A stretch of 62,958 nucleotides of DNA, counting the filler. It is 6 parts of 6 records of this genome, joined end to end, with 100 filler letters (N's around TTAATTAATTAA, not from the genome) between each part and the next. Parts side by side here need not be neighbours in the genome. Positions count along the whole stretch, not along the records: positions 1 to 13,882 come from SRR22947727_2836; 5 more parts are not named here. One strand, written 5' to 3'. The translations under genes were made by a program, and so were the position numbers. Under the pieces are notes generated by a model. It made no database searches. It worked only from the letters and a program-made list of their open reading frames with translations, and had not been told where the DNA came from. Positions 1-8,995 of the stretch are shown here, piece by piece. How positions within the stretch are numbered: position 1 is the stretch's first letter; the number at the start of each line of letters is the position of its first letter.

Positions 1-522
1 AACGGTCGTTGGTCTGTTGAGAAGTTCAAAGGACTTATCTTCCAGATCGAAAGAGATGCAAACGCCATCGCGCAGACCACTCGTCGCGGGAAGGGCAACT
101 TCATCATGTGCTCCGCTGATGTTGCTTCTGCTCTAACCATGGCTGGTGTGCTTGATTACACCCCTGCTCTAAACGCCAACCTCAATGTTGACGACACCGG
201 CAACACCTTCGCAGGTGTGCTACAAGGCAAGTATAAGGTCTACATCGACCCTTATGCTGCTAACGTCAGCAACAACCAGTACTATGTCGCTGGTTACAAA
301 GGTTCTTCACCTTATGACGCTGGTCTATTTTACTGCCCCTACGTTCCTTTACAGATGGTCCGTGCAGTTGGTCAGGATACTTTCCAACCTCGCATCGGCT
401 TTAAGACCCGCTACGGTCTAATCGCCAACCCATTTGCTGAAGGTTCCGAAGCAGGTTATGGTCGTATTATGACCAACACCAATGTCTACTACAGACGCGT
501 TCAAGTGAAAAATTTGATGTGA
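1..522 (+). CDS. g23: T4-like major capsid protein gp23, C-terminal part (5' truncated)
   Basis: Frame open from base 1 (NGRWSVEKFKGLIFQIERDAN); gp23 motifs GLFYCPYVPL and FQPRIGFKTRYG. Confidence 0.97.
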   Translation, partial: NGRWSVEKFKGLIFQIERDANAIAQTTRRGKGNFIMCSADVASALTMAGVLDYTPALNANLNVDDTGNTFAGVLQGKYKVYIDPYAANVSNNQYYVAGYKGSSPYDAGLFYCPYVPLQMVRAVGQDTFQPRIGFKTRYGLIANPFAEGSEAGYGRIMTNTNVYYRRVQVKNLM

Positions 523-553
523 TAAAAACTCCGACGAGTTTAATTTCAACACT

Positions 554-578
554 AAGGACCCTTCGGGGTCCTTTTTTT
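554..578 (+). terminator. Rho-independent terminator after g23
   Basis: AAGGACCC-TTCG-GGGTCCTT followed by a T run; cUUCGg tetraloop typical of T4-like phages. Confidence 0.92.
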
Positions 579-620
579 ATGGGTAGTAATATCCGTATTA
601 ATACTCATCTCCTATCGTGT

Positions 621-627
621 CTAAATA
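621..627 (+). promoter_or_regulatory. T4-like late promoter (CTAAATA)
   Basis: Variant of the gp55 TATAAATA box upstream of the OMP gene; same motif at 1238, 2509 and 8034. Confidence 0.65.
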
Positions 628-682
628 ACGGAGATGTGTTTAATATACGCATCTTTACATTCCATACAAAGGAGAAAGATTA

Positions 683-1096
683 ATGAAATTACTTATCGCT
701 TGCGCCGCTGCCCTATCTTCACTAGGTGCTCCTGCATTCGCAGACATGGTTGGACCTGGAGCAGAAGAGACCGCTCCCGGCAACTTCTATGTCTACACCG
801 AGGTTGAGTCTGACTGGACCCTAGGAGAGTATGACGGCACCTCTACCACCGCTCGTTTTGGTTACGAAGGTGAAGTAACTGATTCCGCATCACTCTACGT
901 TGAGGCAGGTCCTTCATTCATCAACCCTGATGGTGCTGACCTAACGACCGAATTGGGTCTTGAGTTTGGTGGTGAAGTTGCTGTTACTGAGAGTCTCTCG
1001 GCATACGGTGAAGTTGAGTTCATGACCAATGGTGAAGTAGATCTAAACGAAGATCTAGACATCGGCACCAAGGTGGGCTTGATTTATTCTTTCTGA
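683..1096 (+). CDS. Small outer-membrane beta-barrel (porin-like) protein of cyanophage/picocyanobacterial type
   Basis: Signal peptide MKLLIACAAALSSLGAPAFA, alternating beta-strand pattern, C-terminal KVGLIYSF ending in Phe, RBS AAGGAG. Confidence 0.75.
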   Translation: MKLLIACAAALSSLGAPAFADMVGPGAEETAPGNFYVYTEVESDWTLGEYDGTSTTARFGYEGEVTDSASLYVEAGPSFINPDGADLTTELGLEFGGEVAVTESLSAYGEVEFMTNGEVDLNEDLDIGTKVGLIYSF

Positions 1097-1107
1097 TAGG
1101 TTATAAT
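1079..1107 (+). promoter_or_regulatory. Sigma70-type (early) promoter
   Basis: TTGATT (1079-1084), 17-nt spacer, TATAAT (1102-1107). Confidence 0.65.
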
Positions 1108-1112
1108 ATACA

Positions 1113-1233
1113 GGTAGTCAACAAAGACTACCCCTGTTGGTTAGGTGTTGTGTATAGAGAAAGATAGAAGTTTATATCTGTCGGTAGTTTGGTTTTAATG
1201 AGCACCTCCTTTTGGTCGGGGAGGTGCTTTTTT
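1113..1233 (+). ncRNA. Candidate ~120-nt phage small RNA
   Basis: Own promoter, 5' hairpin GGTAGTC-AACAAA-GACTACC, own terminator, no convincing ORF. Confidence 0.5.
1201..1233 (+). terminator. Rho-independent terminator
   Basis: AGCACCTCC...GGAGGTGCT stem followed by a T run. Confidence 0.85.
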
Positions 1234-1237
1234 AATG

Positions 1238-1244
1238 CTAAATA
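1238..1244 (+). promoter_or_regulatory. Late promoter for g3
   Basis: CTAAATA about 25 nt upstream of the g3 ATG. Confidence 0.7.
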
Positions 1245-1268
1245 ATAATTACTATAGTATTCTTAGTA

Positions 1269-1868
1269 ATGGCGGAAGATTTTGGTAGTGGAAGAAATAT
1301 CTACTACAAGCAGTTAGACAACAGAAACTATATGAGTCCTATTGGATTCACGTTTAGTCTAGCGAGATTTCCGAAGGTTTCTTTCTTCAGTAACAAGGCA
1401 GCACTACCACAGATAACTCTTGGTACTGCTGGTCAGTCTAACTATCTGAAGGACATTATGCACCCTGGTGATAGACTCGAATATGGTGATTTTAACATCG
1501 AGTTTCTTGTCGATGAGGATATGCAGAACTATACTCTCATCCATAACTGGATGACTGGTCTCGGATTTCCTGAGACTCCACAACAATTTAAAGATGTTAC
1601 TACCAGTGATGGTGGTGTTAGAGACTTTAAATTACAGTATAGTGATGCTACACTGGGTATACTCAACAGCAACTATAATACTATTGCGAATGTGAAGTTC
1701 TGGGACTTGTTTCCAATCTCACTATCTACCTTGGAGTTTACTGCCACTGACACTGATATTAATTACTTGGTTGCTAATGTAACCTTTAATTACCTATACT
1801 ATCAGATTCTAGATAAGGAAGGCAAACCTCTAACTCCTGAATATATTAATCAATCACTACAACGATGA
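1269..1868 (+). CDS. g3: Tail completion / sheath stabilizer gp3
   Basis: NYMSPIGFTF and DLFPISLSTLEF motifs; conserved position before uvsY in cyanomyoviruses. Confidence 0.85.
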   Translation: MAEDFGSGRNIYYKQLDNRNYMSPIGFTFSLARFPKVSFFSNKAALPQITLGTAGQSNYLKDIMHPGDRLEYGDFNIEFLVDEDMQNYTLIHNWMTGLGFPETPQQFKDVTTSDGGVRDFKLQYSDATLGILNSNYNTIANVKFWDLFPISLSTLEFTATDTDINYLVANVTFNYLYYQILDKEGKPLTPEYINQSLQR

Positions 1869-2296
1869 ATTTAGATGAAATCCAATCTATGTGGGAGAAA
1901 GACTCCAAGATAGATATGGACAACTTACATGATGAGTCTGTAAAGACACCCCAGTTACATCAGAAGTATTACACGCTGTATACCACTCTGAAACTGCTCC
2001 AGACGAAGGCACAGGACACCGAGAGGAAGGTCCGACTAGAAAGATATAACTTCTATAGTGGGAAGGCACCTGCCGAGGCATATGTCGAAGAACCATTTCC
2101 ATACAAGGTGAGAGACAAAGAGTCAATGTCACTCCATCTCAACGCTGATACCAAACTATCAACGGCAAAGATGAAGGTTGAATATTATCAAGTGATGTTA
2201 GATTACCTAGCAGACATCCTCAAGATGATTCATAATCGTGGTTTTCAAATCAAGAATTCAATCGACTGGTCTAAGTTCACCTCAGGATACAACTAA
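1865..2296 (+). CDS. uvsY: Recombination mediator UvsY
   Basis: WEKDSKID, YSGKAPAEAY, RGFQIKNSIDWSKF; synteny. Confidence 0.92.
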   Translation: MNLDEIQSMWEKDSKIDMDNLHDESVKTPQLHQKYYTLYTTLKLLQTKAQDTERKVRLERYNFYSGKAPAEAYVEEPFPYKVRDKESMSLHLNADTKLSTAKMKVEYYQVMLDYLADILKMIHNRGFQIKNSIDWSKFTSGYN

Positions 2297-2493
2297 TGAG
2301 AATTCCCGAAGACGGTAAATTCAGCATGGATCTTGGTATAGAAGATATCTACCTTCTATATGACTGTGTTGTGAAGCGTCTTGAGAGGTGGGAAGGATCG
2401 CCTCAGAGGCACCCTTTCGAGCAAGAGCACCTCTGGCATCTAAGAGATGAGTTATACAAGTGTATGCTACATCATAAGTTTTACGAAATGTAA
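2296..2493 (+). CDS. Hypothetical cyanophage protein (65 aa)
   Basis: Start overlaps the uvsY stop; plausible composition. Confidence 0.7.
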   Translation: MRIPEDGKFSMDLGIEDIYLLYDCVVKRLERWEGSPQRHPFEQEHLWHLRDELYKCMLHHKFYEM

Positions 2494-2508
2494 GTATATT
2501 TGAGGTCG

Positions 2509-2515
2509 CTAAATA
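2509..2515 (+). promoter_or_regulatory. Late promoter for uvsW
   Basis: CTAAATA 23 nt before the ATG. Confidence 0.65.
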
Positions 2516-2538
2516 TTTTTAGCTGATACCTTTACATT

Positions 2539-3999
2539 ATGTCTGATTTGACAATCAGCAAAAAGAACGAAGTGTTCTTACAAATTGATTGTGACCCACA
2601 CATACAATACGAACTAAAAGACAATTTTACCTTCGAGGTTCCGGGAGCAAAGTTTCATCCTTCCTACAAGAAGAAATGGTGGGATGGCAACATTGCTTTA
2701 TTCAACCTGCAGACTAAACAGATCTATATTGGTCTCTTGGATCGTGTTGTTGCTTTCTGTGAGCACTACGGTTATTCGTATCAATTTGAAGATAACAAGT
2801 TCTATGGATTGCCCTACGAGGAGAATGAAAATATCTCCCCTGAAGGTATCACTGACTGGATTAGTTCTATAACATCATATAAACCAAGAGATTACCAGTT
2901 ACATGGGATCTATACTGCGCTACGCAGCAACAGGAAACTAATTGTCAGTCCAACAGCATCAGGTAAGTCCCTGATGATATATGCCCTCGTTAGATACTAT
3001 AGCGAGAGGAAAAATAATATTTTACTAGTTGTCCCCACAACTTCCCTTGTAGAGCAGATGTACAAGGACTTTGAGGACTATGGATTCGATGTATCAAAAT
3101 ACTGCCATAAGATATATGGTGGTAAGGAGTTGAATACTGAGAAGGGAATTGTAATTACCACTTGGCAGTCAGTATATAAACTCGATAAGAAGTATTTCTC
3201 TAGGTATCAAGTAGTTATTGGTGACGAGGCACACAACTTCAAGTCAAAATCACTTGTGAGCATCATGAGCAAACTTTGTGACGCCAAGTATAGATTTGGT
3301 TTTACTGGAACTCTGGACGGCACACAGACGCATAAGTGGGTCTTAGAGGGTCTCTTTGGTCCTGCATACAATACCATCAGGACAAAAGAGTTGATGGAAG
3401 CAGGTCATGTAGCAAAACTAGACATCAAAGTATTGATTCTAAAGCACGATGAGCAGGTCTTTGCTAGGTATGAAGATGAGATACAGTATCTTATTGGTCA
3501 CGAGAAAAGAAATAACTTTATATCCAACCTAGCGGTAGACCTGAAAGGTAATACTTTAGTGTTGTTTACTCGTGTGGAGAATCATGGAAAGATACTCTAC
3601 GACCTAATAAATAGTAAAGCAGAGGAAGGACGGCAGGTCTTCTTCGTTCATGGCGGTGTAAATGTTAATGAAAGGGAATTAGTCAGAGAGATTACTGAAA
3701 GAGAATCAAATGCGGTCATCATTGCTTCCTACGGAGTATTCAGTACCGGTATTAACATCAAGAATCTTCACAATGTAATCTTTGCTTCTCCCTCCAAGTC
3801 AAGAATTAGAAACCTCCAAAGTATCGGTCGTGTGCTGAGAAAAGGAGCAAATAAAACTAAGGCAATGCTCTATGATATTGCCGATGACTCTACTAAAGGG
3901 TCCAAACGAAACTATACATTGAATCACCTAATAGAAAGAATCAAAACCTATAACGGTGAAAAGTTTAACTATGATATTATCAATATCAACCTGAGGTAA
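2539..3999 (+). CDS. uvsW: SF2 helicase UvsW
   Basis: SPTASGKS Walker A, DEAH box, QSIGRVLR motif VI. Confidence 0.95.
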   Translation: MSDLTISKKNEVFLQIDCDPHIQYELKDNFTFEVPGAKFHPSYKKKWWDGNIALFNLQTKQIYIGLLDRVVAFCEHYGYSYQFEDNKFYGLPYEENENISPEGITDWISSITSYKPRDYQLHGIYTALRSNRKLIVSPTASGKSLMIYALVRYYSERKNNILLVVPTTSLVEQMYKDFEDYGFDVSKYCHKIYGGKELNTEKGIVITTWQSVYKLDKKYFSRYQVVIGDEAHNFKSKSLVSIMSKLCDAKYRFGFTGTLDGTQTHKWVLEGLFGPAYNTIRTKELMEAGHVAKLDIKVLILKHDEQVFARYEDEIQYLIGHEKRNNFISNLAVDLKGNTLVLFTRVENHGKILYDLINSKAEEGRQVFFVHGGVNVNERELVREITERESNAVIIASYGVFSTGINIKNLHNVIFASPSKSRIRNLQSIGRVLRKGANKTKAMLYDIADDSTKGSKRNYTLNHLIERIKTYNGEKFNYDIININLR

Positions 4000-4002
4000 C
4001 TT

Positions 4003-4425
4003 ATGGATGAAGGTAAAGTAGCAGCACTCAAACTCAACACTGGTGAGGAGATTGTTTGTATGATTATGAAAGTAGAAAGTAATGGTGGTGATGGTTTTAA
4101 TGTCTGTATTAGAGACCCACTCAAAGTGGAATCAATGGGCACTAGAACAAAGGGTGGTGAGTTTAAAGTCAGATTTGTCCCTTGGTTTCTAACCACGGAT
4201 GAAAGAGATTTTGATATTGACCTAACCAATGTTATTGCTATTACTAGAATTGAAAATGATGATGTAATGCAGAATTATTCTCGTTACTTTAGAAAGAGAG
4301 ATAATGTAGAGGGACCAATACAATTGGATGAATCTAAGTCCTCTATTGGATACTTAGGATCAGTAAAGTCATTCCAAAAGAGTCTCGAAGAGATATTTAA
4401 GTTAGACTATAAACCCAATGAATAA
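4003..4425 (+). CDS. Conserved hypothetical protein (possibly Sm-like fold) between uvsW and g55
   Basis: LKLNTGEEIV and FVPW motifs; RBS GAGG; typical position. Confidence 0.7.
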   Translation: MDEGKVAALKLNTGEEIVCMIMKVESNGGDGFNVCIRDPLKVESMGTRTKGGEFKVRFVPWFLTTDERDFDIDLTNVIAITRIENDDVMQNYSRYFRKRDNVEGPIQLDESKSSIGYLGSVKSFQKSLEEIFKLDYKPNE

Positions 4426-4458
4426 CTTAATAGTATCCCTTCAACCTCCACAAGGTCG

Positions 4459-4487
4459 ATTATAGAATGATTCGGCACACTTGTCAA
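4459..4487 (-). promoter_or_regulatory. Perfect antisense sigma70 promoter
   Basis: Minus strand reads TTGACA-agtgtgccgaatcattc(17 nt)-TATAAT. Confidence 0.8.
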
Positions 4488-4492
4488 GTTTG

Positions 4493-4501
4493 TGCTATAA
4501 T
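4493..4501 (+). promoter_or_regulatory. Extended -10 promoter for g55
   Basis: TGCTATAAT 21 nt before the g55 ATG. Confidence 0.7.
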
Positions 4502-4522
4502 AGTAACAACCAATAGAACTAT

Positions 4523-4999
4523 ATGGCTAAAAGAAAATCAGAGCATTATGTAAACAACAAAGAGTTGCTAGAGGCCCTGCTTGTCTATAGAGAAGAAGTG
4601 GAGCACGCTAAACAAAATGATCTTCCTAAACCCCGTATTAGTAACTATCTTGGTTCCTGCTTTCTGAAGATTGCTACTCACCTGAGTTACAAACCAAACT
4701 TCGTCAACTACATGTTCCGAGAGGATATGATTTCTGACGGTATTGAGAATTGTATTCAGTATATTCATAACTTCAATCCAGATAAGTCTAGGAATCCATT
4801 TGCTTACTTTACTCAAATCATTCACTACGCCTTCCTTCGTAGGATTCAAAGAGAGAAGCGTCAACTCGATATTAAGAATAAGATTGTAGAGAGAACTGGA
4901 TTCGAGTCACTGATGACTGCTGACAGCAACTTGACATCTGAGTATCGTAATGACTATAATGCTATTCGAGAGAACATCATTACCAAACTGAACCAATGA
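4523..4999 (+). CDS. g55: Late-transcription sigma factor gp55
   Basis: HYVNNKELL, NFVNYMFREDMISDG, NPFAYFTQI. Confidence 0.96.
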   Translation: MAKRKSEHYVNNKELLEALLVYREEVEHAKQNDLPKPRISNYLGSCFLKIATHLSYKPNFVNYMFREDMISDGIENCIQYIHNFNPDKSRNPFAYFTQIIHYAFLRRIQREKRQLDIKNKIVERTGFESLMTADSNLTSEYRNDYNAIRENIITKLNQ

Positions 5000-6045
5000 G
5001 TCTAGTCGCTATTCTTACGGACACGCACATAGGTGCTAGAAAGGGCGTAAAGTATCTACAGGACCACTTCGAAAACTTCTATAAGAATGTATTCTTCCCC
5101 ACTATCAAGGAGCGTGGAGTAGAAACCATCCTACACTTGGGTGATGCTTTCGATAGTCGTAAGACCATTGAGTACAACTCACTCAATTGGGCACGGAGAG
5201 TGATGTTTGACCCTATGAAGGGTTATGATGTAAGGATGATTGTGGGCAACCACGACTGCTATTACAAGAATACTAACGACACCAACTCACCTGGTCTCCT
5301 TCTAAAGCATTACGACAACATCACCACCTATACAGACCCTACAGAAATCAGTGTAGAAGGTCTAGACATCCTGATGCTCCCCTGGATTTCACCAGAGAAC
5401 GAGGCACAAAGTATCAAGATGATTCGTGAGAGTAAGTCTCGTATTGCTATGGGACACCTAGAGTTGTCTGGGTTCTATGCCTATAAAGGTCTGGAGTATC
5501 GTGATGGTAAACTAGACAACAGCATCTTCAATGGATTCGAGAAGGTCCTCTCAGGGCACTTTCACACCCGCTCAGACGATGGTCGTATCCATTACATCGG
5601 TAATCCATACCAGATGTTCTGGAACGATGTAAACGATAATCGTGGTTTCATCCTATTGGATACAGAGACTCTAGAGATTGAATACATCAACAACCCACAT
5701 CAACTCTTTGATGTGATATACTATGAAGACCAGAGTGCTGCTATGCTCAAGTCAAAGCAATATGCTGGTAAGATTGTCAAGGTCATCGTTCGTAAGAAAA
5801 CAGACCAGAAGAAGTTTGATAAATTTGTAGAGAAACTACTGACTGCCGACACACTCGATGTAAAGATTGTCGAAAACTTCAATGTCCAAGAGGCAGATGA
5901 TTTTGAAGTAGATGATGCTGAGGAGAATACACTCTCTATCCTCAACCGATATGTTGATGAGGCAGAGTTTACAGACACTCCATTAGAGAAGGAGGCAATC
6001 AAAAAACTCATCTCAGAAGTTTATCTGGAGGCGTGTGAAGTGTGA
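4996..6045 (+). CDS. g47: Recombination endonuclease subunit gp47 (Mre11/SbcD-like)
   Basis: DTHIG, GDAFD, GNHD and SGHFH phosphoesterase motifs. Confidence 0.95.
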   Translation: MSLVAILTDTHIGARKGVKYLQDHFENFYKNVFFPTIKERGVETILHLGDAFDSRKTIEYNSLNWARRVMFDPMKGYDVRMIVGNHDCYYKNTNDTNSPGLLLKHYDNITTYTDPTEISVEGLDILMLPWISPENEAQSIKMIRESKSRIAMGHLELSGFYAYKGLEYRDGKLDNSIFNGFEKVLSGHFHTRSDDGRIHYIGNPYQMFWNDVNDNRGFILLDTETLEIEYINNPHQLFDVIYYEDQSAAMLKSKQYAGKIVKVIVRKKTDQKKFDKFVEKLLTADTLDVKIVENFNVQEADDFEVDDAEENTLSILNRYVDEAEFTDTPLEKEAIKKLISEVYLEACEV

Positions 6046-6329
6046 GCGACCCTTGTTATATCCTCACTACTGATACTGAGGATAGTATGTTTGTTTATTC
6101 TATCGATGATGATGGAGCAAAATCTATCTTGGTCTTCCAAAAGATTGAAGATGCTCAGAGATATGTTATAATGCTTGAAGAAGATGAAGAGTATAAAGTG
6201 GGTGAGCGTGTTGAATTAGACATCACGGAAGTCCCACTTGAAGCTGCCCTGGATGTATTCAACTCCAAAGGTGACGCATATATTCTCGCCAAATCTGATG
6301 ACCTCTTTGTTCCTCCACCTACACAATGA
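6042..6329 (+). CDS. Conserved hypothetical protein between g47 and g46
   Basis: Overlaps both neighbours; EDAQRYVIMLEE and DDLFVPP resemble the usual cyanophage gene at this site. Confidence 0.75.
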   Translation: MSDPCYILTTDTEDSMFVYSIDDDGAKSILVFQKIEDAQRYVIMLEEDEEYKVGERVELDITEVPLEAALDVFNSKGDAYILAKSDDLFVPPPTQ

Positions 6330-8041
6330 TTATTTTTGAGAAACTCCGTTACAAGAATTTCCTTTCTTCTGGCGATACTTTCACAGAAATCGACTTTCTG
6401 CTAAACAATACAAATCTAATCGTCGGCACGAATGGTGCTGGTAAGTCAACAATCTTAGATGCGTTGACTTTTGTTTTGTTTAATAAATCGTTTCGAAAAA
6501 TTACGAAACCAATGCTAGTTAATAGCATTACAGAGAAGCACTGTGTCGTTGAGATTGAGTTTAGTATCAACGGCAAGAAGTATTTTGTTCGTCGTGGTAT
6601 TAAACCAAACATCTTTGATATTGAGGTTGATGGTAAATTGCTCGACAAGCGTGGAGATGATAGAGATAATCAACAGCAACTAGAAGAGGGTATTCTAAAA
6701 CTAAACTATCGCAGTTTCACACAAATCGTTATTCTAGGGAGTAGTACATTTGTCCCTTTTATGCAACTGCCTGCTGCTCACCGTCGTGAGGTCATTGAAG
6801 ACCTACTAGACATTCGTGTATTCAGCACGATGAATGGTGTTATTAGAGACAAGATGAGGAGTATCCGAGAGGACCTCAAGATGCTTGAGATGAAGAAGTC
6901 ATCTCTCAAGGATAAGGTCTCTATGCAGCAAAACTTCATTGATGAGATTACCAAGCGTGGTGAGACAAAGATTGAAGAGAAGAAAGAAGATGCTAAGAAT
7001 ATGCTCTTTGAGAAGCAGGCATTGGAATCAAAGGTCATAGTTGAGATTGAGAGTATTGAAGAACTCCAGAAGCAACTGGAGACATATCAATCTGCTGCTG
7101 AGAAACTCAAGAAACTTGGTGGTCTCCGTGGTAAAATCCAGCAAAAGATTTCTACACTCACTAAGAATCATAAGTTCTTTAGTGATAATGCTGTATGTCC
7201 TACCTGTACTCAGGAGATTAGTGAAGACCTAAAAGGTGAGAAACTAACGGAGTTGGGTGTTGAGGCAAAGAAACTCAAGGAGGGTTTCGATGACTTGGAG
7301 AAAGCAATCTCTGCTGAAGAAGATAGAGAGAAACAGTTTACTACTATCTCTAGGACTTTGATGGAGTCAAATAAGTTTGTCTCTACTACAAATGTCCAGG
7401 TTAGTAGTTTGATGAAGCAGGTAGATAAACTGGAAAAGGAGATTGATGAGATTCGTCATCAGATTGAGAATCAGTCTGAGGAGTCAGAGAAACTAGAAAC
7501 ATTCACATCTAACCTAGCAAATGTGAATACAACTATGTCTGAGAAGAATCTGGAGATGTCTAAGCACCAGTTTGTCTATGACCTACTCAAAGATGGTGGT
7601 GTAAAGACCAATATCATCCGTAAGTACATTCCTCTTATCAATAAGAATGTGAATAAGTATCTCCAGATGATGGAGTTTTATATTAACTTCAACCTTGATG
7701 AGGAGTTTAATGAGACCGTAGTATCACCTATTCACGAGAGATTTTCTTACGCTTCATTCTCTGAAGGTGAGAAGATGAGGATTGACCTAGCATTGCTATT
7801 CACTTGGCGTGAGGTTGCTCGTGTCCGTAACTCAGTCAACACCAATCTTCTTATTATGGACGAGGTGTTTGACTCATCACTAGATGGTTTTGGTACTGAA
7901 GAGTTTCTCAAAATCATTCGCTATGTGGTTCAGGATGCTAACATCTTTATTATTAGTCACAAGCAAGAGTTGCACGAAAGGTTTGACTCTGTATTAAGAT
8001 TTGAAAAAGAGAAAGGTTTCTCTAAACTATCATCTAAATAA
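6326..8041 (+). CDS. g46: Recombination endonuclease subunit gp46 (Rad50/SbcC-like)
   Basis: GTNGAGKS Walker A, CPTC zinc hook, FSEGE signature, DEVFD Walker B. Confidence 0.96.
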   Translation: MIIFEKLRYKNFLSSGDTFTEIDFLLNNTNLIVGTNGAGKSTILDALTFVLFNKSFRKITKPMLVNSITEKHCVVEIEFSINGKKYFVRRGIKPNIFDIEVDGKLLDKRGDDRDNQQQLEEGILKLNYRSFTQIVILGSSTFVPFMQLPAAHRREVIEDLLDIRVFSTMNGVIRDKMRSIREDLKMLEMKKSSLKDKVSMQQNFIDEITKRGETKIEEKKEDAKNMLFEKQALESKVIVEIESIEELQKQLETYQSAAEKLKKLGGLRGKIQQKISTLTKNHKFFSDNAVCPTCTQEISEDLKGEKLTELGVEAKKLKEGFDDLEKAISAEEDREKQFTTISRTLMESNKFVSTTNVQVSSLMKQVDKLEKEIDEIRHQIENQSEESEKLETFTSNLANVNTTMSEKNLEMSKHQFVYDLLKDGGVKTNIIRKYIPLINKNVNKYLQMMEFYINFNLDEEFNETVVSPIHERFSYASFSEGEKMRIDLALLFTWREVARVRNSVNTNLLIMDEVFDSSLDGFGTEEFLKIIRYVVQDANIFIISHKQELHERFDSVLRFEKEKGFSKLSSK

Positions 8042-8060
8042 AATATATCGTATTCTTATC

Positions 8061-8195
8061 ATGAACTTCTTACGAGTAATCGGAATTGTTGGTATCCTTG
8101 CCTTTGCTGGCGCGGGTATTCAGCATGGTCAGTTTCACTTATACAATGGCGTAGTTCCTCATGTACATGAGAATGGAGTAATCCACAGTCACTAA
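8061..8195 (+). CDS. 44-aa membrane-anchored or secreted His-rich peptide
   Basis: ATG at 8061 follows late promoter CTAAATA (8034-8040); hydrophobic N-terminus, then HxH..HSH tail. Confidence 0.6.
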   Translation: MNFLRVIGIVGILAFAGAGIQHGQFHLYNGVVPHVHENGVIHSH

Positions 8196-8197
8196 TT

Positions 8198-8944
8198 ATG
8201 AATTTTACTGATTTGATTCTGGAAGTTCCTAACGCACTTCCAGACGATTTTTGTGATGAGTTAATTCAAAGATTCGAAGAGGACACTGAGAATCAATATC
8301 AAGGTGTTTCAGGTAGAGGTATTGATAGAGAGATAAAGGATTCTATAGATATTTTTATTTCAGGCAAAGAAAATTGGGTAGATGCTGACCAAAGAGTATT
8401 TAACTATGTTAAATCTGGAACTGACCAATACAGTGAATTATTTAATAGTAAAGTGTATCCTCCTGAGTCTGAGATTTTAGATTTTATTTGTGACGAGGGG
8501 TATCAGATACAGAGAAGTTCTGTAGATGGTCATTATACCTGGCATCATGATCACAATGAGATGATTATTATGGATACAATTCATAATGATGACGGTATCA
8601 AGTCACTAAGGAAGTCCCGAGTATACACCTTCATCTTTTATCTCAATGACTCCAGTGAGTTTGGGGGAGGAAGGACACAATTTTTCTTTGATGGTGAAAT
8701 TCATAGTGTCACACCAAAGAAAGGATTGGCACTCTGGTTTCCTGCTAACATTCTGTATACTCATAGGGGTGAAGTTGTAACTTCTGGTAAAAAATATTTA
8801 ATGACTGGTTGGATTCATAAAGAATTCAACGCAAACTATTCTTCAACATCACCTCAAAGTGTAGAATATAGAAAATCTAAGGGTGAGGATAATATGTTAT
8901 TTCCATTAAACCCAAGTCCAAATTATAAACTGTCCACTCCATAA
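8198..8944 (+). CDS. 2OG-Fe(II) oxygenase (prolyl-4-hydroxylase-like)
   Basis: WHHD, FYLND, GGRT, THRG and KYLMTGW motifs. Confidence 0.9.
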   Translation: MNFTDLILEVPNALPDDFCDELIQRFEEDTENQYQGVSGRGIDREIKDSIDIFISGKENWVDADQRVFNYVKSGTDQYSELFNSKVYPPESEILDFICDEGYQIQRSSVDGHYTWHHDHNEMIIMDTIHNDDGIKSLRKSRVYTFIFYLNDSSEFGGGRTQFFFDGEIHSVTPKKGLALWFPANILYTHRGEVVTSGKKYLMTGWIHKEFNANYSSTSPQSVEYRKSKGEDNMLFPLNPSPNYKLSTP

Positions 8945-8972
8945 AGACACCTCAACCATTTTCGCTTATAAT
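8928..8972 (+). promoter_or_regulatory. Early promoter with upstream TGTC-core box
   Basis: AACTGTCCAC at 8928, AAGACA -35, 17-nt spacer, TATAAT at 8967. Confidence 0.65.
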
Positions 8973-8995
8973 ATTCACATATACAGCACAGCGTT

